Assembly (NCBI GenBank): GCA_032718475.1
Contig: JAUCBJ010005395.1
Span: forward strand, 1 to 61,604
From: Nemertoderma westbladi
Taxonomy: Eukaryota; Animalia; Xenacoelomorpha
Direction of reading: 5' to 3'
Length of the DNA stretch: 61,604 nt
Shown here piece after piece: positions 1-11,876 of this stretch; within the stretch, counting starts at the first letter, position 1; each line of letters begins with the position of its first letter. A model generated the notes under the pieces. It was not told the DNA's origin. It searched no databases and was given only the letters and a program-made list of their open reading frames with translations. The translations under genes were made by a program, and so were the position numbers.

Positions 1-182
1 CAGTGGTGGGACTTGTGCCGGTTATCGTTGTCGTGCTGTTGCTACATGTTGGCGTAAACACTGAGACAGCGGTACATCGGCGCTGAGAAACCCACTGTCC
101 GGGGGCAAAAGCCTAGTAGGCAGCGACGCCCGCTTGCCTAAATATTAACTCATACTGATATTAATAAACTCAGATAGCAGAA

Positions 183-1631
183 ATGACGGAATTGATAGAA
201 GATGACCTTGGTATTAGAGAGCGATATACTCTACCTTTACAAGCGTTTGTGGATAGCTTGATACGCGGTGAAGCCGATATGACTATTACGGAGGACGATG
301 GTCGTTATATCGAACCGCCGATGTCCCAAGAGCAACTTACGCGTAAATTGGACTATCGAAAATTAACCGCTCGCTATACGCATCGTAATGGTACGTATAT
401 GGACTTCTTAACTACCGGCCATCCTATCGATTTACATGATACGGACGATGTAGACACCGAAAGGGAAATGGTTCTATTTAAATATCATACCCAGCGGCGT
501 CGTAACGATAAACCGAGAATAGATCACGAAAATTCTATTCGTAACAGACTGGGAAGACGAACCAATATGTCTAGAATCTGAGGAGATTCAGCCTATCGCG
601 CTCGGAACAGCGACAACGATTACATCCTAGAATGGTATCAAGGTCCACAGTGTCTCACTGCGTACGATTATCGCCATGCCAACTATGTTTCTCGACAACG
701 TTATCGGTTATGCGCATCGAGAGACCATGTTACGCCCAGGGACACAAACGTCCGCTGTTCCTATTTCCACGAACAACCGGCGATGGAAATTTATTGCGCG
801 TATTGCAGATTTAATAATTTGCACATTTTTGCGGTTTGCCCTCAATTTATGACTCAATGTCACCATTGTCAACTAAAAGGACACGCCAGCTTTGATTGTC
901 CCTTTAACCATGATTTAGAGAGCGTAGATGAAATGATTGTACTACGTTATATCAGAGCTTGGGAAGCGAACGCTGATTTACATTGTGATTCACGCCATCG
1001 CTATTATCCTGGACGCGCTTACGAAGGAGTTTATGCGTTCCATCCTTATTTGTTTGCCTCCGTCGAGCAGAAATCGCGCCTATCAAGTTATGAACTATTG
1101 AAACGCGTTGGAGAATGTATTTCAACCAAATATGTACGCAAATTCCTCAGGAGCATTAATCCGAGTGACATCAATTCGTATAACTTAATAAACTTTATCC
1201 GTCAAGATCCGGCCTATGGAGACTTATTTGTCAACTCACACCCCGAGTTACAAGAAGTATATAGACGGCCTTACGAGTACAGAGCCCGCGAACGCGAGTT
1301 GGAAAGAACCATTAAACCAAGGAAGTTTCTAACTGCCTATGGTCCACCCACGGCCCTCGTTCAGACCACTCGTAAAGGACCCGTAAGAGCGGCTGTCTTG
1401 AAACGAGCTCTCAAAGCCGTTAGACCCCTCTCCCCGGACGTTGATGTCAATCAACCCGGTACTTCGACCGGCGGATATACCGATCGCAATCCCATACCTT
1501 CTGATGCAATCATATTGCACCCTTCACCCAGGAGTTATAGCCCTCCTCGTAAAGTGGCTCGCCCCAAAGAGAAAAGGACTCTTGCTAGCTTTAAAAAACT
1601 GCGTAAACGCCGTCCGCGCAAGAAAGACTAA
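183..1631 (+). pseudogene. CCHC zinc-knuckle (gag-like) ORF of about 482 codons with one in-frame TGA at 579-581; probably transposon-derived
   Basis: ORFs 183-581 and 783-1631 share a frame and 582-782 is open (GDSAYRARNSDNDYILEWYQ...HEQPA). Motifs CAYCRFNNLHIFAVC and CHHCQLKGHASFDC (Cx2Cx4Hx4C); basic NLS-like C-terminus KKLRKRRPRKK. Confidence 0.5.
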
Positions 1632-2934
1632 CTGTTTAGAGTATTTTTATATTTTAGAAACTGTGATTTTGTATATTTTATAGACTTAAATCCCATTTTC
1701 TGGGAGCGGTGTAAAAGCTTTTGTGGGATAACTGATACGTTTGCCTTTGCTGGCCAGTTCCCCCCCAGTCGCTAGAATACTCTCAAAGGGATTTATAACT
1801 AAAATAGTGCAAGCTACCAGCTTATTGGCTGATGTGCTGTACGGAGATATCTGGGCTCAGTTTAATCGGCCAACTAGCTTAGAGAGGTTGCCTTAGCCTT
1901 GCTGTTCGTGTCGGCCAATAGAATTTGCGTAGGCGTTGATTTCGACCTATCCCAGCGCTACTGAACTGAATTTCCTATCTCACTGCTCATCCTCTGTGTT
2001 GAACGGGGCTTCGTGGAATAAGAGTTTTGGTATACTCGTATAGTGGTAGTAGTCATATGATTTTATATGATTCTGTTGTTGTGTTCCCATTTTTTCGCCA
2101 TAACACCGGCTTTTTGGGAAGAACTCTAGTAAAACTGCTTAAATTATCGAAAGTATAAACTGTTACCCTACCGATCAATCTAATCAATCAACCTACCTAT
2201 TAATCATATTGTTTGTACTGTTATTTACCGTCAGTTATTAATTGTACATATTTGTTGATGGAAATATTGCTCTTTGGATAATACGGATAAATCACCCAAA
2301 TTCCCAATTTTCTTGATACACTACAGGTTAGAGAGACCGGCTATACATAACAATTGCGATTTATATTAATGTGGTGTGTATTGAATCCAATGTTATTTAG
2401 CAGACCCTACGTGAGTCAATTGCTGCTCTCTTTATGTGTGATCAAATATACTGACGGTCGGCAGAATAGTGTGTATGATTGTGATTGGTAACAAAGTATT
2501 TCCTAAAGAATACGCTTTATACTTCAATCATAAGCAGTATCGTTGCGTTTTAGTATAAGTCTTAGTTCTGTTTAAATAGATAAAGCGCCACGTCCTAAAG
2601 GAACTGTTAATATTTCCCGAAAGCCAATAATATCTGTCAGAGATTAATTATTAACGATCTATCGAATAATACAGTAGGTATACACTGCAACCTTACACTG
2701 CAATAATAAAATTTAAGCATCCGAATTCAGTCTCCCGGGTGTAGATCCATCGGGTGAATGATCGCGCATGGGCTGACTTCGGCTAATGTTTTGTGTATTA
2801 GCATAAATTGTTGTCGTATGCTAAAGGTGTTTTAATTAACTAAAAGACATATAAATTTTGGCAGGTTAAACTGCTAAAGGTCTTCAAAAGCGCGAACAAA
2901 CTCTGTGACTACTACACAGCATACAGGCTGTTTC

Positions 2935-3185
2935 TTTAAATAGTGGCAGAGTCGTCTACGCAGTTCCCCAGTTTACCGCTCGAGAGCGAAATATTTGAAA
3001 GTGAACATCTTCAATAACTTTGTTTATTTACAATTCATTTAGACTGAAACTTGGTGACTACTATGGCATAGGCTTAAATAGTGGCAGAGACAGTTCCCCT
3101 GTTTACCGCTGGAGAGCGAAATGTCTGAAAGTGAACATTTTCTCGAAATTTTGTTATTTGCAATCCGCTGAAGTTGAAACTTGAC
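2935..3185. repeat. Diverged direct duplication of about 135 bp
   Basis: TTAAATAGTGGCAGAG...CAGTTCCCC.GTTTACCGCT.GAGAGCGAAAT.T.TGAAAGTGAACAT occurs at about 2936 and 3075. Confidence 0.7.
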
Positions 3186-3206
3186 AGTTACAGTATCTCA
3201 TATTCC

Positions 3207-4321
3207 GGGTAAATCTTTTCGACCTACGCGTAGGCCTACGCGTAGTTCGCAACATTGGGTCATATATCACCAGTTTCAGAGTTTTAACAATAACTACGCG
3301 TAGGTGCTACGCGTAGCTACGCGTAGGTCCTACGCGATCTACGCGTAGGTCCTACGCGACCTACGCATAGGTGCTACCCATAACTATGCCTATACGTCGT
3401 TTATCATTAGTAGGCTTACGTATTCCAAGCGAGTCAGTACTAAAATAAGACACAATTCGGTATGTTCAATAAACAACCCACAACCATCAAATGCTTTCAA
3501 CAGTAATGCATCCTATACCTGTATACTCTATATAGAGGAATACGCGAAGACTACATATTCTTCACTTCATGCGTTGCGGGCGGTAAAATGTGTTAATAAT
3601 TAATGGTTAGAGTTCAAAAATAGTTTACAAAGGAAATAGGCCGATGGTTCTTATCGATTCTCTATGCTTCTTATTGCCTTTGTTCACGATAGGGCAACTA
3701 GGATATACTGTATTTAATATGTTAACCCCTTGACAAGGGAAGGGGGAGACTAAATTGTCTACCATGATTGGTTGCACTTGTTATTTGACCAAACAATTTG
3801 ATTATATGCAGTACTTATCAGCTTTCGCTTAACCTCTTCACCGGTAGACTGGTCGCTTTATTTACTGCTGTTCAATATTTAAATAATCCAATGGAAACAA
3901 AGATACTTGAATCATGAGACGTGAATTTTAAGTTTACTTTTTATTCATCCTGTGTTTGTTTGTGAAAGAGCCGAATATTATTTATTACCAGTGAGCTGTA
4001 TGTCGAGATATGAGTTTCCGATTCTGTTATTACATTTGTCTGATAATCAGATACCTGAAATATACCGATACTTGCCTAACAACTCAACCCTACCGGACCT
4101 GAAATGAAAAATCATTGTTATCAGGACTGCTACGCGTAGCTACGCGTAGCTACGTGTAGCACCTACGCGTAGTTTCAAAATACCTACGCGTAGTTCCAAA
4201 ATAACTACGCGTAGTTTTAAAACACCTACGCGTAGTTGTTAAATAGGCAGTAAGTCTGGCCCTACCGGTAAATGACAGGAATGGAAGTTACAAACTACGC
4301 GTAGGTCGAAAAGATTTACCC
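3207..4321. mobile_element. Non-autonomous DNA transposon (MITE) with 27-bp perfect TIRs
   Basis: GGGTAAATCTTTTCGACCTACGCGTAG (3207-3233) is the exact reverse complement of 4295-4321. Many subterminal palindromic CTACGCGTAG motifs at both ends; no clear TSD. Confidence 0.85.
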
Positions 4322-4734
4322 CTAGAAAGCTGTGTGGTTGCTACCAGTACAAAAATCAAGGTAACGGTACTGCCAGACCACAGACTGCAACTGCAGTAAC
4401 AACTGAACAAAGTCTGACAGTGAAGAGTACCGGTACTGCGGTACTACCGTAGCCGCCTGGACGTAGGCTAAATTACTGCTGTGAATTTCATTTTAATTTA
4501 CATCCAAAGACGCGGCGTCGTCACAGTCAGATGCCAGGTGGCCTATCCTCGATTGTTGACTGGCTGATATTCCTGTGGAACACCATCTGATCATCCACTT
4601 CACATAACACTGATCAGCTTATCTTATTCAGTTATTACAGTATTAGTATTACTGTATTACACCGCACTACTGTACCGGTGCAGAGTACAGTCAGACACGG
4701 CACTGGCGTAGCAACCGATACTTCCGACAGTCCG

Positions 4735-5433
4735 ATGTTAACCGTGTTTAAAGTTTCCGTAAGCCGGTGCCCGTGGGTTACCCCGATATGGGGAACATTA
4801 TCCCGACCGGGCTGCTATCGAGTCAGCGGAACCCTTCTAGTGCGGGATGCGCATGCGCACACAACATGTAGAAATGGACCTACCGGCACACCGGTACCGC
4901 AACCACGGAATAATGTATCGGCCTACCGTGGACCGAGCGTAACTGTAACTAAGATAACTAAACGGTGGGGTGGGGCAGCCACTTTCATGGGTACCTACAA
5001 ATCCACCACGCAAACTCGTAAAGGCATAGAATCCTTTACTAGAATGATGACTAAATATCTTCTTATCTTGATTATCCCGTTCGCCCTCATTAATCTCTAT
5101 ATTTACATCAACATAGGTCCGGCGGACTTAGCCGAGATCCCTGAGGGTTACGAGCCTCATTACTGGGAGTATTGCCGACATCCATGGCAGCGATTTATCG
5201 CGAGATATTGTCTACCTTCGCCGCAGCAGACCTACGAGATAACCTTACACGAGCTCTACAAACAGCAGGAGCAGCGCAAGAGTAAAATGATGAAACAGGC
5301 GGTGAACCGCCTGATGGATGAGGAAGGGAACCGACAGTATAAGTACGACGATTACGAGAAACCGGAGAAACTCAAGGAATTGTACGAAATAATGGGTATT
5401 ACAGAGCCCGAACGCGCTGTTAAACCCTTCTAG
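4735..5433 (+). CDS. NDUFB5: NADH dehydrogenase 1 beta subcomplex subunit 5 (SGDH), single coding exon
   Basis: TM segment followed by IGPADLAEIPEGYEPHYWEYCRHPWQRFIARY, matching the NDUFB5 signature (IGxAELAEIPEGYxPxHWEYYKHPIxRWIAR). First in-frame ATG at 4735 gives an Arg/Ser/Thr-rich presequence-like N-terminus; the start is inferred. Confidence 0.9.
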   Translation: MLTVFKVSVSRCPWVTPIWGTLSRPGCYRVSGTLLVRDAHAHTTCRNGPTGTPVPQPRNNVSAYRGPSVTVTKITKRWGGAATFMGTYKSTTQTRKGIESFTRMMTKYLLILIIPFALINLYIYINIGPADLAEIPEGYEPHYWEYCRHPWQRFIARYCLPSPQQTYEITLHELYKQQEQRKSKMMKQAVNRLMDEEGNRQYKYDDYEKPEKLKELYEIMGITEPERAVKPF

Positions 5434-6111
5434 TGTATCGTAGTTAGTACCGGTACAGTAGTAGTGCTGGTTTATTTAATAGCTACCGATGTTTTTAGAG
5501 ATGTCACATTGTTTAATTCCTTTCATTTATCAGATTGTATTGTTTGTTATATCTAAATGAGGTAGAATTTGTAACCAATATTTTTGTTTGTTTCTCTTTG
5601 TAACACCCACAACAACCACTACCCTTGCTTCTGTGTTGCCATACAGCTGCACTGATAGCGCAAACCAAGATTTCAGTAGATTCCTCGAAACTAAATCTAT
5701 TTATCCTGAGGTATACACGACACGTTCAATTTAATGCGAGCCATTGATATTATTTATTTTGGTTGATTTTAATTATATATTGAGATTATTATTTTTTATT
5801 ATAATACATCCATATAAAACAAACCCGATCACGGGTGCGGTGCGCGTGAGGAGCATAATGTTGAATTAAATAAACAAGCTGAAAACAGGTAATAACACAC
5901 AAAAAGTAATTATTTAGAGATCCAATAACACCAAAATAAACCTGTTTGGAAAAAGTCCCGACTTAAAAACACCTGTAAGAACACTTACTAGCACCGATAT
6001 AATGTACATTGTGTACAAGTATTATTATTTCATTTATATAACATAGTTATTGATATAATATAACATACATATACCGGTAGTAATAGATATAATATGTAAC
6101 AATAAAGAACG

Positions 6112-6910
6112 TTAAATGTTTTCAGTGGGATAGTAGCAGAGGATTAAACACTGATCAGCGCAATCAGGCGCACATATCCGACCATCATCCGTGTCTATGC
6201 ATCTCTTCTGCACTGCTTCGCACTCACTTCGGCAATTATCGCACTGTAATAAAATAGGTAATGACCTGAATCCGTACCAGTGGGGGCAATTTTTTTGTCG
6301 ATTTTCCCTATGCCCGTGGTGAAACACTTATGCTTTTAATTACCATTCTGGCTATTTATCTATGCCTGTGGCGAAAGACTTATACTTTAGACTTAGACTT
6401 ATAAGTCAATGAATTGAGAGCTCAATCAGTAACACTGGTACACCATCATTATGGTTCCTGATAAAATGTTCTCTATAGTTCCTATAGTCTCTATAATACC
6501 TCCCTGTTAGATTAAATCGGAATAACATTAACTAAAGAAAATAGAGCTGAGACTGGATAAATATGGCAATTGTATAATTAACAATTTATTATTTTTTAGC
6601 TTAGGATGAGAAGGTAACTAGCTCTGAAAATATTATTACTATTGTCTTCTTCCTACTGTAGGTAGTAGTACCAAGTAAAAATTCAAATATAATAATTAAT
6701 ATAAATTCCTACCGTTGGTGGTGGGAGGAGTATTTCAGTCGCCGGGGGTAGTGTCTTCACAAGGATTTCAGTCGCCGGGGGTAGTGTCACGGTTTCAGTC
6801 GCCGGGGGTAGTGTCGCCGGGGGTAGTGTCTTCACAGGGATTCTCTTGGCATCACTAAGAGCAACAACCATCGCAACCAAAGTAAACATCGCCATATATT
6901 TATTGTACAT
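6112..6910 (-). CDS. Orphan secreted Cys-rich peptide, 2 exons (6713-6910, 6112-6243), 109 aa
   Basis: Signal peptide-like MAMFTLVAMVVALSDA, then TLPPAT repeats. Donor ACG|GTAGGA at 6713 and acceptor TTATTACAG|TGC at 6243 are both phase 0. Exon 2 encodes CDNCRSECEAVQKRCIDTDDGRICAPDCADQCLILCYYPTENI*. Confidence 0.7.
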
Positions 6911-7399
6911 CGTGACAATTTTCTGCCAAGTACGTGTAATACGGTTTATGGTTAATATGCCTACAACTCAGAAAGTTCGTGAAAAACCATGTAGGCCCCT
7001 AAACACTCCATGAGACACTGTCTGTAACCACCTCGCAAGATCGAGCACACACTTCAAAATATCGTGTAAACAATTCGAAAGTCAATGTAAACAATTCGAA
7101 TAACCATGTAAACACTTTGAAAGACCGTATAAACACTTAGTTAGTTGATTTCAGCCAATTCACGATTTAGTGATTTGCATCAAGACACATCGCCGCTGAG
7201 TGGGCTACGTGCCGCTGGGACCATTTCAGCCGGTACTTTCCCGTCACTTATCGTTATTTAATAAATTTATCAATTTCCACCGGACACTACCCTAAATACC
7301 TTATAGAAGCCGAAATAATTCTGAGATTTAAAGGGGGAGACCCACTGGATCACGGCAACTACCGGTCAATATCACTATTACCTCTTTTCACAAATATAT

Positions 7400-8430
7400 T
7401 TGAACATATAATTTTCTCCCAAATGGAATCATATCTCCATCGTTATTCATTTCTAACAAAGTCACAATTCGGATTTAGGAATAAAAATTTCCACATCATC
7501 TGCCATTTTATTTGTAACAGAAAAAAATAGAACTATACTTGTCTCTAAGCAATCACGCAAATATGTAATTTATATTGAATTAAAAAAAGCCTTCGATACC
7601 CTGAATCACTCCAACCTTCTCAAAAAATTTGACTCATACGGAATCCGCGATGCCCATAAATTATTTATTAGTTTTTTTTTTATCAGAACGGACTCAAAAA
7701 GTTCCACTTTTCAATTTATATAAAATCCCCGTTTCTTGCCGGTATTCTGTGGTTCTCCCCAAGGATCGGTTCTGCCTCAGCTCCTTTTTTTGCTATACAT
7801 CAATGATTTGCCCGACGCTTTAAATCTATTATCAACACTTTTTGCACAAAATTAGCGGAAATTTCACATCAATTTTATACTGAACAAAACATCTAAATCT
7901 GCGGGACTCTTCCATAAACTGTGACATATTTTTCCCCTTCATATATTACGCGTTTTATATTTTTCACAGATACATCCGTATGTAAATTATGGAATTTTAG
8001 CCTGGGGGTTAACAACACATCAATAAAATATCCACATAGGATTAAAATTAACAACATTTTACGTTGAATGACTTTTAGTCATTACCGATATTCCGCAACT
8101 CCTTTACATAACCATTTGTATTTTGGAATGGACTGGACTTCCTGTGGACATTATCAGCTCGAAATCAAAACGTAGGCCTATTTTAAAACGTCGATTAAGA
8201 TCCTACATTTTTGACCACTTTTAATAAGAAACTTATATTCTAATAAATTTTTTTTAAACTAAATACCAAATTTATTAGAGGATTTTTCTTTCTCCAGCTG
8301 TTTCTCTTTAACGGCTTTTTAATTTTAAGCTAAATTTTCTGGCAACAATTTTTTAAACAGCGTTTTAGAACCGATACTTGCGGAAAGCGCGTTATAAGTG
8401 CTGATTGATCTATTATTATTATTTTATTTA
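7400..8430 (+). mobile_element. Heavily decayed CR1/L2-group LINE remnant
   Basis: About 7572-7650 translates IELKKAFDTLNHSNLLKKFDSYGIR (RT motif DLSKAFDTVNHxILLxKLxxYGIR); GSPQGSVL remnant near 7751; AAAGCGCGTTATAAG...(TAT)n 3'-end-like sequence near 8385-8430. Confidence 0.65.
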
Positions 8431-9199
8431 AGTTCAAATTTTGGATGGATTATACAGCGCAGCTAACGTTTTTACCTAAAATTGGCGGGCGTTCAAGGAC
8501 AGTGTTATACTGTGGTACACCTTCCTGCAACCGCATCATCAGACATGACAGTTATTCGCGAGTTACTAGACATTCTATTAAAGAAGCCGATGAGGTGATT
8601 GATAAACAACTGTTACAGATAATGTCTGTCTACTAAATCTACGCAATGTGAACATGAGCGGCGCGTTACGAGCCAAATATTTAGTTGGGAATTTAAACTA
8701 CGGGAAATAGCAGCACGTTTAGAAAGAAGATAGTCGTGGGATTCGCAGTTGGCGTGGTAGTGCGTAGCAGTGCCTTAAATAACAAATAAATTAATTAATT
8801 AACACTAAAACATATGGCGGTACGTTTAATTGGCCAATTATTTGCGCAGATTGTAGTTAAAGTTTCCTTGACTTTGCACTCACCTTCATTGCAATAATAG
8901 TTGCCAATCACTTTTGAAATGGTTTCTAGTACTTTTCAACTGACTGTTAATTAAACACACTGCGGGCTGCCCCGTCGATAATGGTGGTAAACGTGTTGGC
9001 AGATCAATTAATTGCGGATTCTAATGGTTGAGAACCACTGTTCCAGATTTTGTATGACTAATTAAATTTTAATAGTCTGGTAACTAGTCGATGTCAAGCA
9101 CGATTGAATTATAACACGTTTCCACATCAAACAATTGTGGCTCGCCCCACAAATGTAGTAGAAATAGCGAATAGAAAGTCGGAGTAAAATTCCATTAAA

Positions 9200-9420
9200 A
9201 TGTTAAATCTGCAATGATTATATATATTAATATGATGGTTTTTGATCGGAAATGTAAAAAATGAGGAAGCACGTCACCGGGGGTTGAACCAGCGCTATAC
9301 GTACGTTTCGGCCTATCAGGCCTTATCAGTCGCGCTAACCAGTTATAAGCACGTTTCGGCCTATCAGGCCTCATCAGTAGCGCTAACCAGTTCAGCAACT
9401 TGCCCCTGTCACTTACTCTC
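9200..9420 (-). mobile_element. Family-1 tRNA-like/hammerhead element (retrozyme- or Penelope-associated), tandem cores
   Basis: Homologous to 27555-27700 and 27740-27845. Minus strand: A-box-like TTGCTGAACTGGTTAGCGC, two hammerhead cores, B-box GGTTCAACCCC, then a T6 run. Confidence 0.7.
9291..9385 (-). ncRNA. Tandem minimal type I hammerhead ribozyme motifs
   Basis: Minus strand: AGCGCTA-CTGATGA-GGCC(TGATA)GGCC-GAAA-CGTGC...AGCGCGA-CTGATAA-GGCC(TGATA)GGCC-GAAA-CGTACG-TA-TAGCGCT. Conserved core, stem II, palindromic loop III, GUA cleavage triplet and stem I are all present. Confidence 0.8.
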
Positions 9421-9719
9421 CTATCTCATCCACTTCTTCCAATATATTTAATTACATCTGCAATAACGACACCTATTTATTACTTTTTAAAACAATTTGA
9501 AATTTTTTAAAAACTTTTTATCATTAAGATATATTAATAAAATATTATATATAATAATTAATTAAATTCCGGATGAATTACACTATAAACTGCAAGACGA
9601 AATACCGAAAAATAAATAAAATAAAATACCAATTTAATAATTGACCACCACAATACCAATAATATTAAAGATAATACAAAGAAACAAAGACACAAAACGA
9701 CACCACGGGGAGGAGACAC

Positions 9720-11580
9720 CTCTGGGTACAAACACCATTATACCACTTGTACAGTACACAACAGGGCAAAACACTGTTATACCACTGGGTGCAAACGACA
9801 AACACCGTATACCGCAGGGCAAAACATACCAATGGTGCAACGCAGGGTAGATAGCATTTGGTACAAACACCGTTATACCACTGTGTACAAACCTTTATAC
9901 CACTGGGTACAAACACCGTTATACCACTGGTTACGAACCGTTATACCACTGGGCACAAACACTGTTATACCACTGGTTCGCTATAGGGTAAAATACCGTT
10001 ATACCAATGGTGGTACACCGCAGAGTAAAACACCGCTATATCACTGGGTACAAAACAAACACTGTTATACCACTGATTCGCCACAAGGTAACCCGTTATA
10101 CCACAAGGTAAAAAACTGTTATACCACAGGGTAAAACACAAGTATAGCACTTGGTACAAACACAGTTATACCACTGGGTACAACTACAAACACCGTTATA
10201 CCACTGGTTACAAACCGTTATACCACTGGTTACAAACCGTTATACCACTGGGTACAAAAACCGTTATATCACTGGGTACAAACAACGTTATACCACTGGG
10301 TACAAACCGTTATACCACTGGGTACAAACACAGTTATACCACTGGGTACAAACCGTTATACCACTGGGTACAAACACAGTTATACCACTGGGTACAAACC
10401 GTTATACCACTGGGTACAAACCGTTATACCACTGGGTACAAACCGTTATACCACTGGGTACAAACACCGTTATACCACTGCGTACAAACACCGTTATAAC
10501 ACTGGGTACAAACACCGTTATATCACTGGGTACAAACACCGTTATACCACTGGGTACAAACAACGTTATACCACTGCGTACAAACACCGTTATAACACTG
10601 GGTACAAACACAGTTATACCACTGGGTACAAACCGTTATACCACTGGGTACAAACCGTTATACCACTGGGTACAAACCGTTATACCACTGGGTACAAACC
10701 GTTATATCACTGGGTACAAACCGTTATACCACTGGGTACAAACTGTTATACCACTGGGTACAAACATCGTTATACCACTGCGTACAAACCGTTATACCAC
10801 TGGGTACAAACCGTTATACCACTGGGTACAAACCGTTATACCACTGGGTACAAACATCGTTATACCACTGGGTACAAACCGTTATATCACTGGGTACAAA
10901 CACCGTTATACCACTGGGTACAAACAACGTTATACCACTGGGTACAAACACAGTTATACCACTGGGTACAAACCGTTATACCACTGGGTACAAACACAGT
11001 TATACCACTGGGTACAAACCGTTATACCACTGGGTACAAACACCGTTATACCACTGGGTACAAACCGTTATACCACTGGGTACAAACACCGTTATACCAC
11101 TGGGTACAAACCGTTATACCACTGGGTACAAACACAGTTATACCACTGGGTACAAACACCGTTATACCACTGGGTACAAACACAGTTATACCACTGGGTA
11201 CAAACCGTTATACCACTGGGTACAAACACCGTTATACCACTGGGTACAAACCGTTATACCACTGGGTACAAACACAGTTATACCACTGGGTACAAACACC
11301 GTTATACAAACTGGGTACAAACACCGTTATACCACTGGGTACAAACACAGTTATACCACTGGGCACAAACACAGTTATACCACTGGGCACAAACACCGTT
11401 ATACAACTGGTTCGCTATAGGGTAAAATACCGTTATACCAATGGTGGTACACCGCAGAGTAAAACACCGTTATACCACTGGTACACCGCAGGATAAAACA
11501 CCGCTATACCACTGGTAGACCACTGGGTACAAACACCGTTATTCGCTACAGGGTAAAACACCGCTTACCACTGGTACAAA
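9720..11580. repeat. Minisatellite A, 22/24-bp units (CA)CCGTTATACCACTGGGTACAAA, roughly 75-80 copies
   Basis: Direct reading. Homogeneous core about 10150-11400 with degenerate flanks; starts about 20 bp past the transporter stop codon. Confidence 0.95.
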
Positions 11581-11599
11581 AACACGCATCACGCATCTA

Positions 11600-11876
11600 T
11601 TAACCACCAGCTGTAGTTGTTACAGAAGTAAAGTTATTGATCGCTGAAGTTAAATTAGAGGCCGATAAGTTGATTAGGGGTGTGACGATAGACTCCATAA
11701 CAACGGAATGCAGTGAGGAACCGGTTGGAGGCGATGGTTCGATGATATCGTCTGGTAGGTCGCCAGCGAGCGAAGGGAAGAGTCGCTTAAGCGCGTCCCA
11801 GGTCCCCAAAACCGCTCCAACTACACCAATAACTATAAGTACAACGTCCAGATACCACTGTTTGGAGGTCAACGAC
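11600..11876 (-). CDS. Transporter exon 9 (last TM, C-terminal tail, stop)
   Basis: TTGTTCTAG|G TCG TTG ACC...; WYLDVVLIVIGVVGAVLGTWDAL...TTTAGG*. Confidence 0.88.

Noticed and set aside
579-581. Selenocysteine codon
   Set aside because: No recognisable selenoprotein context and no SECIS seen; CpG decay is the simpler explanation.
1700-2760. Possible decayed coding sequence downstream of the knuckle ORF
   Set aside because: The frames I translated by hand contain stops and no recognisable motif; it needs a BLASTX search.
9634-11425. 424-aa ORF and overlapping short ORFs
   Set aside because: Translations of minisatellite A; the peptide switches between frames as 22- and 24-bp units alternate.
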